Shown here piece by piece: positions 29,246-38,619 of a DNA stretch of 64,000 nucleotides. Each line of letters begins with the position of its first letter. Position 1 is the stretch's first letter. This DNA comes from Candidatus Eiseniibacteriota bacterium (GTDB lineage: Bacteria; Eisenbacteria; RBG-16-71-46), in contig OY970178.1 in the NCBI GenBank assembly GCA_963707915.1, positions 2,272,001-2,336,000 on the forward strand, given 5' to 3'. The notes below the pieces were generated by a model. That model ran no database searches. It had not been told where the DNA came from and saw only the letters and a program-made list of their open reading frames with translations. Made by a program: the position numbers and the translations under genes.

Positions 29246-31374
29246 GGCCAGGGGGACGACTGGAAGCCCACGACGAGGTTGAGGCCGGGCCCGTCGATCC
29301 CCGATCCGTGGAGGCGGTACGTCTCGTCCGTGAGGTTCTCGAGCGCGAGCGTGAACGTGCCGACCCGGTCCAGCTCGAACCCGCCGCTCAGGTGGAAGAT
29401 CGCGAACCCGGGAGTGCCCCCGACGGGGATGCGCGGATCGGTCCGGTCGCCCGGTGCGAGCCGGTCCTGGCGACCCGCGAATACGGCGCGGAGGTCGAGC
29501 CACAGGTCCGGGCTCACCTGCCAGCGGGAACCGACGACCCCCTTGAGCGGCGGGACGCGACGCAGGGGCTGACCGGCGACGCGGTCGTCACCGCGGGTCC
29601 AGGCGAGGTTCCCGTAGAGGTCGACCGCTTCCCGGACCGGCGCCTGCGCCTCCAGGGTCGTGCCCACGACGCGCGCCCGGCCGGTGTTCAGCCGCTGGTA
29701 CACGTCCGGCTCCCCGGCGTCCTTGACCCGGTTGTCGTTGACATCGAGGAAGGAGAGTCCCCCGTAGGTCCCCCGCTGGCGCTGGATGATGTCCCTCAGG
29801 TCGCTGAGGAAGCCGAAGACCGTGGCGTAGGACCGGCCGCGCTGCACCTTGACGCCCAGTTCGTAGTCCAGGCTCCGCTCGGGATCGAGCCCCGGATTGG
29901 GGACTTCGAACCCGCCGCCGAAACTGCCGAGCGCGCTCATGTCGTCCAGGTTCGGCGAGCGAAAGCCCTGCGCGACACCGGCGACCAGGTGGAGGTCGGG
30001 GGCCACGCGGAACAGCGAGCGCAGGCCGCCGGTGGTGGCGTGCGGCGCGTAGTGCACGCAGGTGGCGACCCCGGACGGGTCCTGGACGACGGCGTCCAGC
30101 ACGTTGCGGCTGTGCCGCAGGCTGAGGTCCACCGACCAGCGCTCGTGCACGGCGACCTCGTCCTGGAGGTAGAACGCGCAGGAGCGGTAGCGCGCCCCGT
30201 CGGCGAAGGTGCCCTGCTTCGGGGTCTCGACGCCGGTGCGGAGATCGTGGTCCACGCGCCGGCTGGTCACGCGGTCCACGTAGGACTCTCCGCCGTAGGT
30301 CAGCTTCTGCCGGGCGCCGAGCGCGGAACCGGCCTGGAACCGGAAACCGTTGGAGAGCACCTCGTCGTGGTAGCGCCGCTGGACGCCCGGGGCCGACGCC
30401 TCGACGCGCCGGACGCGTTCGTCCTGGTCGTGGAACGAGGTGCCGATCGTCACCGAACGCACGAACCGGTCCGGGGACTCGAGGTCGCAGCTCAGGTCCA
30501 CCAGCGTCCGTTCCTGCGGGTCCCACTCGTACTGCAGGTTCGCACCCGATTCGATCACGTCGGTCCGCGGCACGTCGTGCTGCGCCACGTGCTGGACCGC
30601 CAGCGTGGCGCGCGCGCCCGGCGCGACCTGGTGCTGCAACTTGAGGTCGCCGTCCAGCTCGTGGTAGCCGGTCGAGCCCTGCAGCCCGGTCCGGCGCCCG
30701 CCCCGCAGGTCCCCGAAGCTCTTCAGGCTGACGCCGCCGTTCAGTCCGAAGCGCCGGGTTCCCCCGGCGAGCTCCAGGCGGCCCGTGGCCCCGTGATCGG
30801 CCGAGGAGAGCCGGGCGCTGGTCGTGGCCTGGAGTCCCCGCGGGCCGGTCGCGAGGTCCCGGCTCTTCGTGATGATGTTGACGATGCCGCCGAGCGCGTC
30901 GCTGCCGTACAGCACCGAGCCGGTCCCGTGCACGATTTCGATCTGCTCCACCTGGTTGATGTCGACCAGGTTCAGGTACTGGTTGGGACCGAGGCGGTAG
31001 ATGGCGTTGTTGAGTCTCACGCCGTCGACCAGCAGCAGGATCTGGTTGCCGACGAGGCCGCGGATGATCGGCGAGCCGCCCCCGTAGTTGGTCTCCTGCA
31101 CGAGGACGCCCACCACTTCGTTCAGCGCCTCGGGGACCGTGCGAAAGTTGCGCCGGCGCAGCTCGGCGGCGGTGACGATGGAGACCGACCGGGGCGCGTC
31201 GATGCGGCGCTGCAGGTGGCGCGAGGCCGTGACGACCGGCGTGCGCAGCAGCTCCTCGAGGCTCGCCTGCGTGAGGTCCTCGTCATCCGGGTTCGTCGCA
31301 GCCGCGCCGGACCCCGCCACGATCAGCGCCAGGGCAACGATCGCGCAGGCCACCGGGGATACCGGTCGTCGCAT
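29242..31374 (-). CDS. TonB-dependent receptor
   Basis: SLEELL..VVTASR, IEIVHGTGSVLYGSDALGGIVNIITK, QGFRSPNL and ENLTDETY. Confidence 0.93.
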   Translation of the reverse strand: MRRPVSPVACAIVALALIVAGSGAAATNPDDEDLTQASLEELLRTPVVTASRHLQRRIDAPRSVSIVTAAELRRRNFRTVPEALNEVVGVLVQETNYGGGSPIIRGLVGNQILLLVDGVRLNNAIYRLGPNQYLNLVDINQVEQIEIVHGTGSVLYGSDALGGIVNIITKSRDLATGPRGLQATTSARLSSADHGATGRLELAGGTRRFGLNGGVSLKSFGDLRGGRRTGLQGSTGYHELDGDLKLQHQVAPGARATLAVQHVAQHDVPRTDVIESGANLQYEWDPQERTLVDLSCDLESPDRFVRSVTIGTSFHDQDERVRRVEASAPGVQRRYHDEVLSNGFRFQAGSALGARQKLTYGGESYVDRVTSRRVDHDLRTGVETPKQGTFADGARYRSCAFYLQDEVAVHERWSVDLSLRHSRNVLDAVVQDPSGVATCVHYAPHATTGGLRSLFRVAPDLHLVAGVAQGFRSPNLDDMSALGSFGGGFEVPNPGLDPERSLDYELGVKVQRGRSYATVFGFLSDLRDIIQRQRGTYGGLSFLDVNDNRVKDAGEPDVYQRLNTGRARVVGTTLEAQAPVREAVDLYGNLAWTRGDDRVAGQPLRRVPPLKGVVGSRWQVSPDLWLDLRAVFAGRQDRLAPGDRTDPRIPVGGTPGFAIFHLSGGFELDRVGTFTLALENLTDETYRLHGSGIDGPGLNLVVGFQSSPWP

Positions 31375-31680
31375 GACACTCCTCTCCTGCATCCCCCGTC
31401 CACGCGGATCGAGGCGCCGTGGGCTCCGGGGCCGGGCTCATCGTCCCGGTTGACGGTTCGCAGGGGTGCACGATCCGGGGGGCCGGGTGCGTGCCTCCGG
31501 TATCGGCACGCCTCCCCGTTGGCTTGAGCGGCGTTACGGGGCGCCCGGGCCTCCGGCGGCCCCGCCGGGCCGGGGCATTACCGTGCACGGGCGGCGCGCC
31601 CCGCTCCTGGTCTACAATGCCGGTGCCGGCCACCGTCGAAGCCGGCCACACGCATCGCCGCCATCCCCCGAGGACGCCTC

Positions 31681-32718
31681 ATGCGCATCCGTTCCTGGAG
31701 CCTGTTCGCCCTGGCCCTGCTCGCCGGGGCCCAACTCTCGTGCGCGACGGTCGGACCCATGCCCGCGCAGGAATCCATGCCCTCGGCGCGCGCGGGGTTG
31801 CTGCCCGAGCAGCGGATCTTCTACGACGCGCTGCAGGACTACGGCGACTGGACCCTCATCGAGCCGTTCGGCTACGTGTTCCGGCCCTACGTGAACGAGG
31901 CGGACTGGCGCCCCTACGAATACGGCTACTGGGCGCCGAGCGACGTGTACGGCTGGGTGTGGATCTCGGCGGAGCCCTTCGGGTGGGCGACCTACCACTA
32001 CGGCGAATGGATGTACGACCGCTACCAGGGCTGGGTCTGGATCCCCGGCAGCGACTGGGCGCCGGCCTGGGTCTCCTGGGAGGAGACCCCCGACTACATC
32101 GGCTGGGCCCCGCGGTTCCCGGACGGCTACGGTCCGGACCTGGCGCCGGACGGCGGGTATCTCTACGTGCAGATCGCCGATCTCCCGGCCGCCGACGTGC
32201 AGGCCCGGGTGCGAACGAAGGGTCAGCTCGGCGAGGGGCTCGGCCTGCCGCGCCGCATCGAGAACCTCCTGGTGCGCGACGGCGTCAGGTTCAATGCGGG
32301 GCCGAAGCTCGACGGGATCGAGCGGCGCTCCGGGCCGCTGACCCGCGTCAAGCTCGAGGACCTCTTCTCCAGCGGCCCTGCGGTCACGAGGCCGGGCGCG
32401 GGCCCCGCACGCCAGACCGCGCCCGCGCCGTCCGATCCGTTCCTCGCCCGGAAGCCCGGGCCGCGACGCGCGCCGGCCGGCGCGTTCGGCGATTCGACCA
32501 CGGTCGAGGCGATGCGCCGCGCCGCGGAGGAGGCCGCTCGCGCGGCCCGGGCGGTGACCCGGAGCGGCGCCGCACCGCCGCCGAGCATCGGCGTGGTGCG
32601 GCGTGCGGTGGAGCGCGAGCCCGGTCCGGCCGGGAGGCCCGGCGAGGCCGTTCCCCGGGAGCGACCGCGGCGGGCCGGCCACGTCCCGGCCGCGCCCGAC
32701 AGCACGAAGCAGCGTTGA
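31681..32718 (+). CDS. Putative lipoprotein with a Trp/Tyr-rich domain (DUF6600-like)
   Basis: Lipobox-like QLSC, plus WRPY..GYW, PFGWATYHYGEW and WAPAWVSW..GWAP. Confidence 0.75.
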   Translation: MRIRSWSLFALALLAGAQLSCATVGPMPAQESMPSARAGLLPEQRIFYDALQDYGDWTLIEPFGYVFRPYVNEADWRPYEYGYWAPSDVYGWVWISAEPFGWATYHYGEWMYDRYQGWVWIPGSDWAPAWVSWEETPDYIGWAPRFPDGYGPDLAPDGGYLYVQIADLPAADVQARVRTKGQLGEGLGLPRRIENLLVRDGVRFNAGPKLDGIERRSGPLTRVKLEDLFSSGPAVTRPGAGPARQTAPAPSDPFLARKPGPRRAPAGAFGDSTTVEAMRRAAEEAARAARAVTRSGAAPPPSIGVVRRAVEREPGPAGRPGEAVPRERPRRAGHVPAAPDSTKQR

Positions 32719-32728
32719 CCGGGCGAGC

Positions 32729-33823
32729 GTGAGCGTCACCGACCGCATCAAGGCCCACGCGCTGGAACAGGGCTTCGATGCGGTGCGCGTCGCAGCCGTC
32801 GCCCCCGCCCGGGCGGATGCGCAGGACGCGGGTCCGGCCGCGCCCGACACGCCGGGTGCCGGGCACTTCGCCGCGTGGCTCCGCGCCGGGCGCCACGGGG
32901 AGATGTCCTGGCTGGCCACCGAGCGGAACCGCGCGCGCCGCGCCGATCCCGCGCGCATCCTGCCCGGCGTCCGCTCGTTGCTCTGCGTGGCGATGGGCCA
33001 CGAGCCCGACGCCGACGCCGCGCGCGACCGGCGCCTCGGGCGCATCGCCCGCTACGCCGCGGGCGAGGACTACCACCGCGTCATGCGCGACCGTCTCGGA
33101 GCGCTGGCCCGTTTCATCGAGCAGGCGCTGCCCGGCGCGCGCGCCCTGTGGTACGCGGACACCGGCGCGATCCTCGAGCGCGGCTGGGCCGAGCGCGCCG
33201 GCCTCGGCTGGATCGCAAAGCACTCGGGACTGGTCTCGCCCACGCTGGGCTCCTGGCTGCTGCTGGGCGAGGTGCTCGTCGACCACGAGCTCGACGCCGA
33301 CGCGCCCTTCGACCGCGAGCGCTGCGGCACCTGCACCCGCTGCCTCGCGGCCTGCCCCACCGGGGCCATCGCCGCGCCCGGCCAGGTGGACGCGCGCCGG
33401 TGCATCTCCTACCTCACGATCGAGCATCCCGGGCCGATCGAGCCGGCGCTGCGCCCGCTCCTGGGCGACTGGATCTTCGGCTGCGACCTCTGCCAGGAGG
33501 TCTGCCCGTGGAACCGCTTCGCCGCCCCCGCGCGCGAGCCGCGCCTGCGGCCGCGGTCGTTCGAGGGCTGGACGCTCGAGCGCTTCCTGGCGCTGGACGA
33601 GCCGGGCTTCCGCGACCTCTTCGCCACCAGCGCGATCCGGCGCACGGGACGGGGACGGTTCCTGCGCAACGTCTGCGTGGCGCTCGGCAACCGCGGCGAG
33701 GCTGCCGCGCGACCCGCCCTCGCCCATGCCCGCGAGGCCGACCCCGACCCGCTGGTGCGTGAGCACGCCTCGTGGGCGCTGGACGCGCTCGCCCGGGGCT
33801 CGGGGACGACCGGGACGGGTTGA
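32729..33823 (+). CDS. queG: tRNA epoxyqueuosine(34) reductase
   Basis: ARYAAGEDYH, CGTCTRCLAACPT, CISYLTIE, GCDLCQEVCPWN and a HEAT-like tail. Confidence 0.95.
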   Translation: MSVTDRIKAHALEQGFDAVRVAAVAPARADAQDAGPAAPDTPGAGHFAAWLRAGRHGEMSWLATERNRARRADPARILPGVRSLLCVAMGHEPDADAARDRRLGRIARYAAGEDYHRVMRDRLGALARFIEQALPGARALWYADTGAILERGWAERAGLGWIAKHSGLVSPTLGSWLLLGEVLVDHELDADAPFDRERCGTCTRCLAACPTGAIAAPGQVDARRCISYLTIEHPGPIEPALRPLLGDWIFGCDLCQEVCPWNRFAAPAREPRLRPRSFEGWTLERFLALDEPGFRDLFATSAIRRTGRGRFLRNVCVALGNRGEAAARPALAHAREADPDPLVREHASWALDALARGSGTTGTG

Positions 33824-33995
33824 CCCGTTCCCCTGCATGCCGGGTGCCCGGCGCTCCTCAAGTCCGACCTCGTCCGACCGATCCTCCAGATGAGGACCGA
33901 CCGGGCCCCGGTGCCCGGCCGACCCGTTCCGGCACCCCTCCGCGCGCCGGCCACGCCCGGCGCCGCGGGGCACCGCTGCTCCCTGGGAGGACCTG

Positions 33996-34859
33996 GTGGA
34001 CGCCATCCCGCAGATCGCGAACGACGCGGCTTGTCCCGGCGACACGCTGCCGTACCTCATCGTCCGGCTCAACCGCCAGGACGCGGCGATCCCGGTGCGG
34101 CACGTCCGCGCCATCCTCATGACCCCGAAAGTGGTCCCGATCCCCGGCGCTCCGCCGCACGTGCGCGGGGTCATCCACGTGCGCGGGGAGGTCATGCAGG
34201 TCATGGACCTCCGGCTCCGGCTCGGCATGCCGCACCGCATGAAGGACGTCGAGGACCTGCTCGAGGTCCTGCGGGCCCGGGAGGAGGACCACCACAACTG
34301 GATCCGGGAGCTGGACGCCTCGGTGCGGGAGCGGCGACCGTTCAAGCTGGCCCGCGACCCTCACCAGTGCAAGTTCGGGAAGTGGTACGACACGTACCAG
34401 ACCGACAACCGGATGCTGCAGCTGCTCTGGGGCAGGTTCAACCAGCCCCACCGGCAGATCCACGCCATCGCGGACGTCGTCTCCGCGCACATGGAGCGGG
34501 GCGAGGCCGACGAGGCGCTGGCGCTGATCGAGCACACGCGCACGACGGTCATGGCGGCCCTGACGGGCGTCTTCGCCGAGGCCCGGCAGGCGATCCTGGA
34601 GTTCAGCCGCGAGCTGGTGATCGTCCTCGACCACGGCGCGAAGGCGCTCGCGATCACGGTGGACGAGGCCGACGTCGTCGAGACCATCCGCGAGGCGGAC
34701 ATGATGGAACTGCCCGTCATGCTCTGCGCGGAGGGCGCCGCCGTGATCTCGCGCACCGCCCGCCGCGCGCAGACCGACGACCTGCTGCTGGTGGTGGACA
34801 CCGCGAAGCTGTTCCCGGACGAATCCGGCGAATCGGAGCGCTCCGCCCGCGCCGCGTGA
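33996..34859 (+). CDS. CheW-like protein with an inserted CZB zinc-binding domain
   Basis: CheW half IPGAPPHVRGVIHVRGEVMQVMDLR, then CZB motifs HHNW, DPHQCKFGKWY and PHRQIH, then the CheW remainder LAITVDE. Confidence 0.85.
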   Translation: MDAIPQIANDAACPGDTLPYLIVRLNRQDAAIPVRHVRAILMTPKVVPIPGAPPHVRGVIHVRGEVMQVMDLRLRLGMPHRMKDVEDLLEVLRAREEDHHNWIRELDASVRERRPFKLARDPHQCKFGKWYDTYQTDNRMLQLLWGRFNQPHRQIHAIADVVSAHMERGEADEALALIEHTRTTVMAALTGVFAEARQAILEFSRELVIVLDHGAKALAITVDEADVVETIREADMMELPVMLCAEGAAVISRTARRAQTDDLLLVVDTAKLFPDESGESERSARAA

Positions 34860-34884
34860 CGGCGGCGCACCGCCGGAACACCGG

Positions 34885-35304
34885 CTACTCCAGCTTCGCC
34901 CCCGCCACCCACCCGGCGTCGCCGCCGGCGTAGTGCTCCTTCTTCCAGATGGGCACCGTGTCCTTCACGCGGTCCATCGCCCAGCGCGTCGCGTCGAAGG
35001 CCGCGGCGCGGTGGGCGGCGGCCACGACCACGGCGATGCTCGCCTCGGCGGGCGGCACCACGCCGAGCCGGTGGACGATGCGGCACGAGGCCACCGCGTG
35101 ACGCTCCACCGCTTCGCGCTCGGTCCGCTCGAGGGCCGCGAGCGCCATGGGCCGGTAGGCCTCGTACTCGAGGCGCACGACTTCGCGCCCCTCGTGGTGG
35201 TCGCGCGTGGTGCCGAGGAAGAGGACGACCGCGCCGCAGTCGGGGCGCGCGGCGCCGGCGAGCAGGCGACCGATGTCGATCGGGCCGTCGACCAGTTCTG
35301 CCAC
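34885..35304 (-). CDS. moaE: Molybdopterin synthase catalytic subunit
   Basis: GAVVLFLGTTR, LEYEAY, HRLG and VPIWKKE. Confidence 0.95.
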   Translation of the reverse strand: MAELVDGPIDIGRLLAGAARPDCGAVVLFLGTTRDHHEGREVVRLEYEAYRPMALAALERTEREAVERHAVASCRIVHRLGVVPPAEASIAVVVAAAHRAAAFDATRWAMDRVKDTVPIWKKEHYAGGDAGWVAGAKLE

Positions 35305-35305
35305 G

Positions 35306-35551
35306 TCAGCCCCCGCTCACCGGCGGCAGCAGCGCCAGCTCGGCGCCTTCCACCAGCGACGTGTCGGGCCGCGCCAGCCGGCCGTTCACCGCGACCGCGA
35401 GGTGCGGCCACAGGGATTCGAGCGCGGGATGCTCGCGCGCGAGCACGGCGAGCGCGTCCGCGAGCCGGCTGCCCTCGGGCAGCGACAGCTCGGCGCGCGC
35501 GCGCCCGGCGCGCTCGCGCACCTGGGCGAAGAACAGCACGGTGACCTTCAT
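35306..35551 (-). CDS. moaD: Molybdopterin synthase sulfur carrier
   Basis: VLFFAQVRE and C-terminal PPVSGG. Confidence 0.95.
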   Translation of the reverse strand: MKVTVLFFAQVRERAGRARAELSLPEGSRLADALAVLAREHPALESLWPHLAVAVNGRLARPDTSLVEGAELALLPPVSGG

Positions 35552-35586
35552 GGACGCTCTCCCCTTCGAGTCGCTATGCTCGCCGG

Positions 35587-36753
35587 ATGAGCGACGAGAA
35601 TCAAGCGCCCCCGTCGTCCGGCGGCACCGCGCAGCGCCCGGACGGCCCGCCCGCCCGGCACCCCGCGCTCGAGTACCTGGAGTTCCCCGCGGACGCGGCG
35701 GGCCGGCCCGGACCGCCGGAGCCCCCCGCGCCGCCCCCCCTGCCCCGCGGGGTGCTGCACGCCGCCCTGGCGCTGGCGCTGCTCGGCCTCGCGGCCCTGC
35801 TGTTCGGACAGGTCGAGGCGTCGCTCCTGGTCGCGGTCGCGGCGCTCTACTTCATGGCCCAGGGCGCGGACGTCCACCCGGCGATGGGCCGCGTGTACGC
35901 GCTCCTCGCGTGGATCCCGCCGGTCACCGGGGCCCTCGTGATGGGGGCGCTCGCGGGGGTGCTGGTCGCGAACGGCCCGCTCACGCCGCTGCGCGCCGGC
36001 GTCGCCGCCGCCTCGGGCCTCGGAGCGGTCGCGAGCCTCGCCGGCCTGCGGACGTCGGTGGCGGACCGGCTCGTCCGCCTGCTGTTCCGCGGCGCCGGCT
36101 CCAGCCACACGCTCCGCCTCACCGCCGGCGTCGCGTTCGTGATCCTCTGGGTGGCGTTCCCGGCATGGCTCGCGTTCCGCGACCAGCTCGCCGAGCTGCT
36201 GCGCGACCCCGGCGCGCTGGTGAGCCCCTCGAAGCTCTCCGGCGGACTCGTCGGCTACGTCGTGCTGGCGTTCGCCGCGGTCGGTTTCCGGGTCCGCCGC
36301 GACGCGCGCGGCTCGCTCGCGCGCCTGGGCCTCACCGCGTTGCGTCCGGTGGACGGCCTGGTCGTCATCGCGGGGGTCGCGGCGCTCTGGCTCTTCAACT
36401 CCGGGAGCGAGGGGCTCGAGCGGATCGCGCTGCCGACGCTATGGGCGAGCGACCGGGCGTTCACCGCCGCGCTGGCCGGGGTCATGGGCCCGGGCCTGAT
36501 GGTGCTGCTGAGTCTCAGCGCCGGCATCGGCGAGGAGATCACCCTGCGCGGCGCACTGCAGCCGAAGCTCGGGATCGCGCTGACGTCGCTGCTCTTCGCG
36601 GCGCTACACGTCCAGTACACGTGGTACGGGATGCTCTCGATTTTGGTCTTCGGCCTGCTGCTGGGCGTGATCCGCGCGCGCAGCAGCACCACGGCCGCGA
36701 TCCTGGTCCACGCGCTCTACAACCTGCTCGCCGTGGCGTCCGCGAAGCCGTAG
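35587..36753 (+). CDS. CPBP (Abi/CAAX) intramembrane metalloprotease
   Basis: GEEITLRG, FAALH and HALYN. Confidence 0.9.
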   Translation: MSDENQAPPSSGGTAQRPDGPPARHPALEYLEFPADAAGRPGPPEPPAPPPLPRGVLHAALALALLGLAALLFGQVEASLLVAVAALYFMAQGADVHPAMGRVYALLAWIPPVTGALVMGALAGVLVANGPLTPLRAGVAAASGLGAVASLAGLRTSVADRLVRLLFRGAGSSHTLRLTAGVAFVILWVAFPAWLAFRDQLAELLRDPGALVSPSKLSGGLVGYVVLAFAAVGFRVRRDARGSLARLGLTALRPVDGLVVIAGVAALWLFNSGSEGLERIALPTLWASDRAFTAALAGVMGPGLMVLLSLSAGIGEEITLRGALQPKLGIALTSLLFAALHVQYTWYGMLSILVFGLLLGVIRARSSTTAAILVHALYNLLAVASAKP

Positions 36754-36792
36754 GGCCCGCGCCCGGCACGGCGGGAGGCCGCGCCCCGAAGA

Positions 36793-36834
36793 CGCAGCGA
36801 CCGCGGCGGGGAGTCCCCCGCTGCGGTCGCTGCG
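36793..36834. terminator. Long hairpin between convergent genes (putative bidirectional terminator)
   Basis: 19-bp stem CGCAGCGACCGCGGCGGGG / CCCCGCTGCGGTCGCTGCG with one G-T pair and a 4-nt loop. No U-tract. Confidence 0.55.
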
Positions 36835-36858
36835 AGACCGCGTGGCGCCATCGGGCCG

Positions 36859-37602
36859 TCAGCGCACGAGGTCGTATCCGACGCCGACCCTGACGTAGAA
36901 CCCGCTGAAGTCCAGCTCCGGCGTGGTGTCGGTCCCCTCGTACGCCGTCGTTCCGCCCGGCCCGGCCACGTCGCTGGTCCAGCGGCCGCTCAAGTGGCCC
37001 AGGTCGCGGAACTGGAATCCCGCCCGGACGAACCCCGCGATGCCGGCGGGATTGGTCTGGTCGAATCCCACGAACGCGCCCCAGGTCACCTGCGTGCGGC
37101 TCGCCGTCTCCTGCAGGTCGACCCGGATGCCGGGCTCCTCGTCGTACCCGCTCTCGATCAGCTCCCCGCGGCCCCTGGCCACGTTGGCGCCGACCGTGAA
37201 CCCCGCCCACTGGCGGAAGCGCACCGCGGCCTCCGCGCCGATCTCGGTCATCCGGAGATCCAGCTGGTCACCGTAGGCGATCACACCCGGCACGGTGAAG
37301 CCGTTGCTGCGCACGGCCCGCAGGTACGAGTACGTGGCCCCGAGCCGAAGCCCGGGAAGCACCCACACCCCCGCGGAGACCGCCGGTCCGTATCCGGCCC
37401 CGATCTCCTGGAACGTGGCCGGCAGTCCGGCCGCCCGGAACGCGGCCTCGTCCTCGCGGATCTCCCGGTTCGCGCCGCTCATCCTCAGTTCGTTCCCGCC
37501 GTACTCGAGGCGGACGTAGGGGGCGACGCCGGCCAGCACCGGCGCCGCGCCGGCAAGCGTCGTCAGCAGGCACGCCAGGGCCGGCAGGTCACGGATCTTC
37601 AT
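36859..37602 (-). CDS. Putative outer-membrane beta-barrel protein
   Basis: Signal peptide, amphipathic strands and C-terminal SGFYVRVGVGYDL, with a GGAGG RBS. Confidence 0.7.
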   Translation of the reverse strand: MKIRDLPALACLLTTLAGAAPVLAGVAPYVRLEYGGNELRMSGANREIREDEAAFRAAGLPATFQEIGAGYGPAVSAGVWVLPGLRLGATYSYLRAVRSNGFTVPGVIAYGDQLDLRMTEIGAEAAVRFRQWAGFTVGANVARGRGELIESGYDEEPGIRVDLQETASRTQVTWGAFVGFDQTNPAGIAGFVRAGFQFRDLGHLSGRWTSDVAGPGGTTAYEGTDTTPELDFSGFYVRVGVGYDLVR

Positions 37603-37899
37603 GGACTCCTCCTTGATTCCAGCGACGCGAACGAGCCGTACCCATTGAGTGTCGGCTCGACCGGGGCCTTCTTGATTCGGATCGGGGCCGGCCCGGCGAC
37701 GAGCAGCAGGTGGCAGGCGGGGAAGTCCGGTGGTTCCCGCTGGTTGGGACCCCGATTCCCCCCCGGCGAGCCGGCGCCCCGGGGAGCCGGGGCGACCCGG
37801 GCGCCGCCCGCCCGGGGAAGTGTCGGGTGGCGGTGTCTCCAGGAGCGGCTGGTGAACACGGCGAGCGTAGTCCCGCCGTCCGCCCAGGGCAATCGCCGA

Positions 37900-38619
37900 T
37901 TACGAGAGGGTCTCGCCCGGCCGCAACGCCACGACCTCGCTCGGGACCTGGAGCTTCTTCAGCTCCTCGCGCAGCATCTCGGGGGTGCCGGCGAGCACCG
38001 GATGCGTGCCGTAGTGGGCCGGCACGATCCATCTCGGCTTGAGCATGCGCGCCGCCACCGCCGCCTCGCGCGGCGACATCGTGTAGTGGTCCCCGATCGG
38101 CAGCAGCGCGATGTCGGGCGGGTAGAGCTCGCCGATCAGCGCCATGTCCGAATGCACGCCGGTGTCGCCGGCGTGGTAGATGCGCGTGCCGTCCTCGAGC
38201 GTGATCACGAAGCCGGCCGCCTCGCCGCCGTAGAACACCTGGCCGCCGTCCTCGATGCCGCTCGAATGGACGGCGTGGACCATCGTGAAGCGGAGGCCGG
38301 CCACCTCCGCCGTGCCGCCCTTGTTCATGCTGAGCGTGTTGGGCACGCCCTTGCGGTCCAGGAACAGGCTGATCTCGAGGTTCCCGATCACCACCGGCTT
38401 GAACTTCCTCCCCAGCGCCACCGCGTCGCCCAGGTGGTCGTTGTGACCGTGCGAGATGGTGATCACGTCGATCTTGTCGAAGGCCTTGAGCTCCTTCGGG
38501 CAGGCCGGATTGCTCTCGACCCACGGGTCCATCAACACGGTGCGGGCGCCACGGGTGACGAGCTTGAACGTGTGATGGCCGAGCCAGGTCAGCGCGAACC
38601 CGCGGTTGACGGCACTCAC
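37900..38619 (-). CDS. Metallo-beta-lactamase-fold hydrolase (UPF0173-like)
   Basis: TWLGH, SHGHNDH, YHAGDT, LPIGD and PAHYGT. Confidence 0.92.
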   Translation of the reverse strand: MSAVNRGFALTWLGHHTFKLVTRGARTVLMDPWVESNPACPKELKAFDKIDVITISHGHNDHLGDAVALGRKFKPVVIGNLEISLFLDRKGVPNTLSMNKGGTAEVAGLRFTMVHAVHSSGIEDGGQVFYGGEAAGFVITLEDGTRIYHAGDTGVHSDMALIGELYPPDIALLPIGDHYTMSPREAAVAARMLKPRWIVPAHYGTHPVLAGTPEMLREELKKLQVPSEVVALRPGETLS

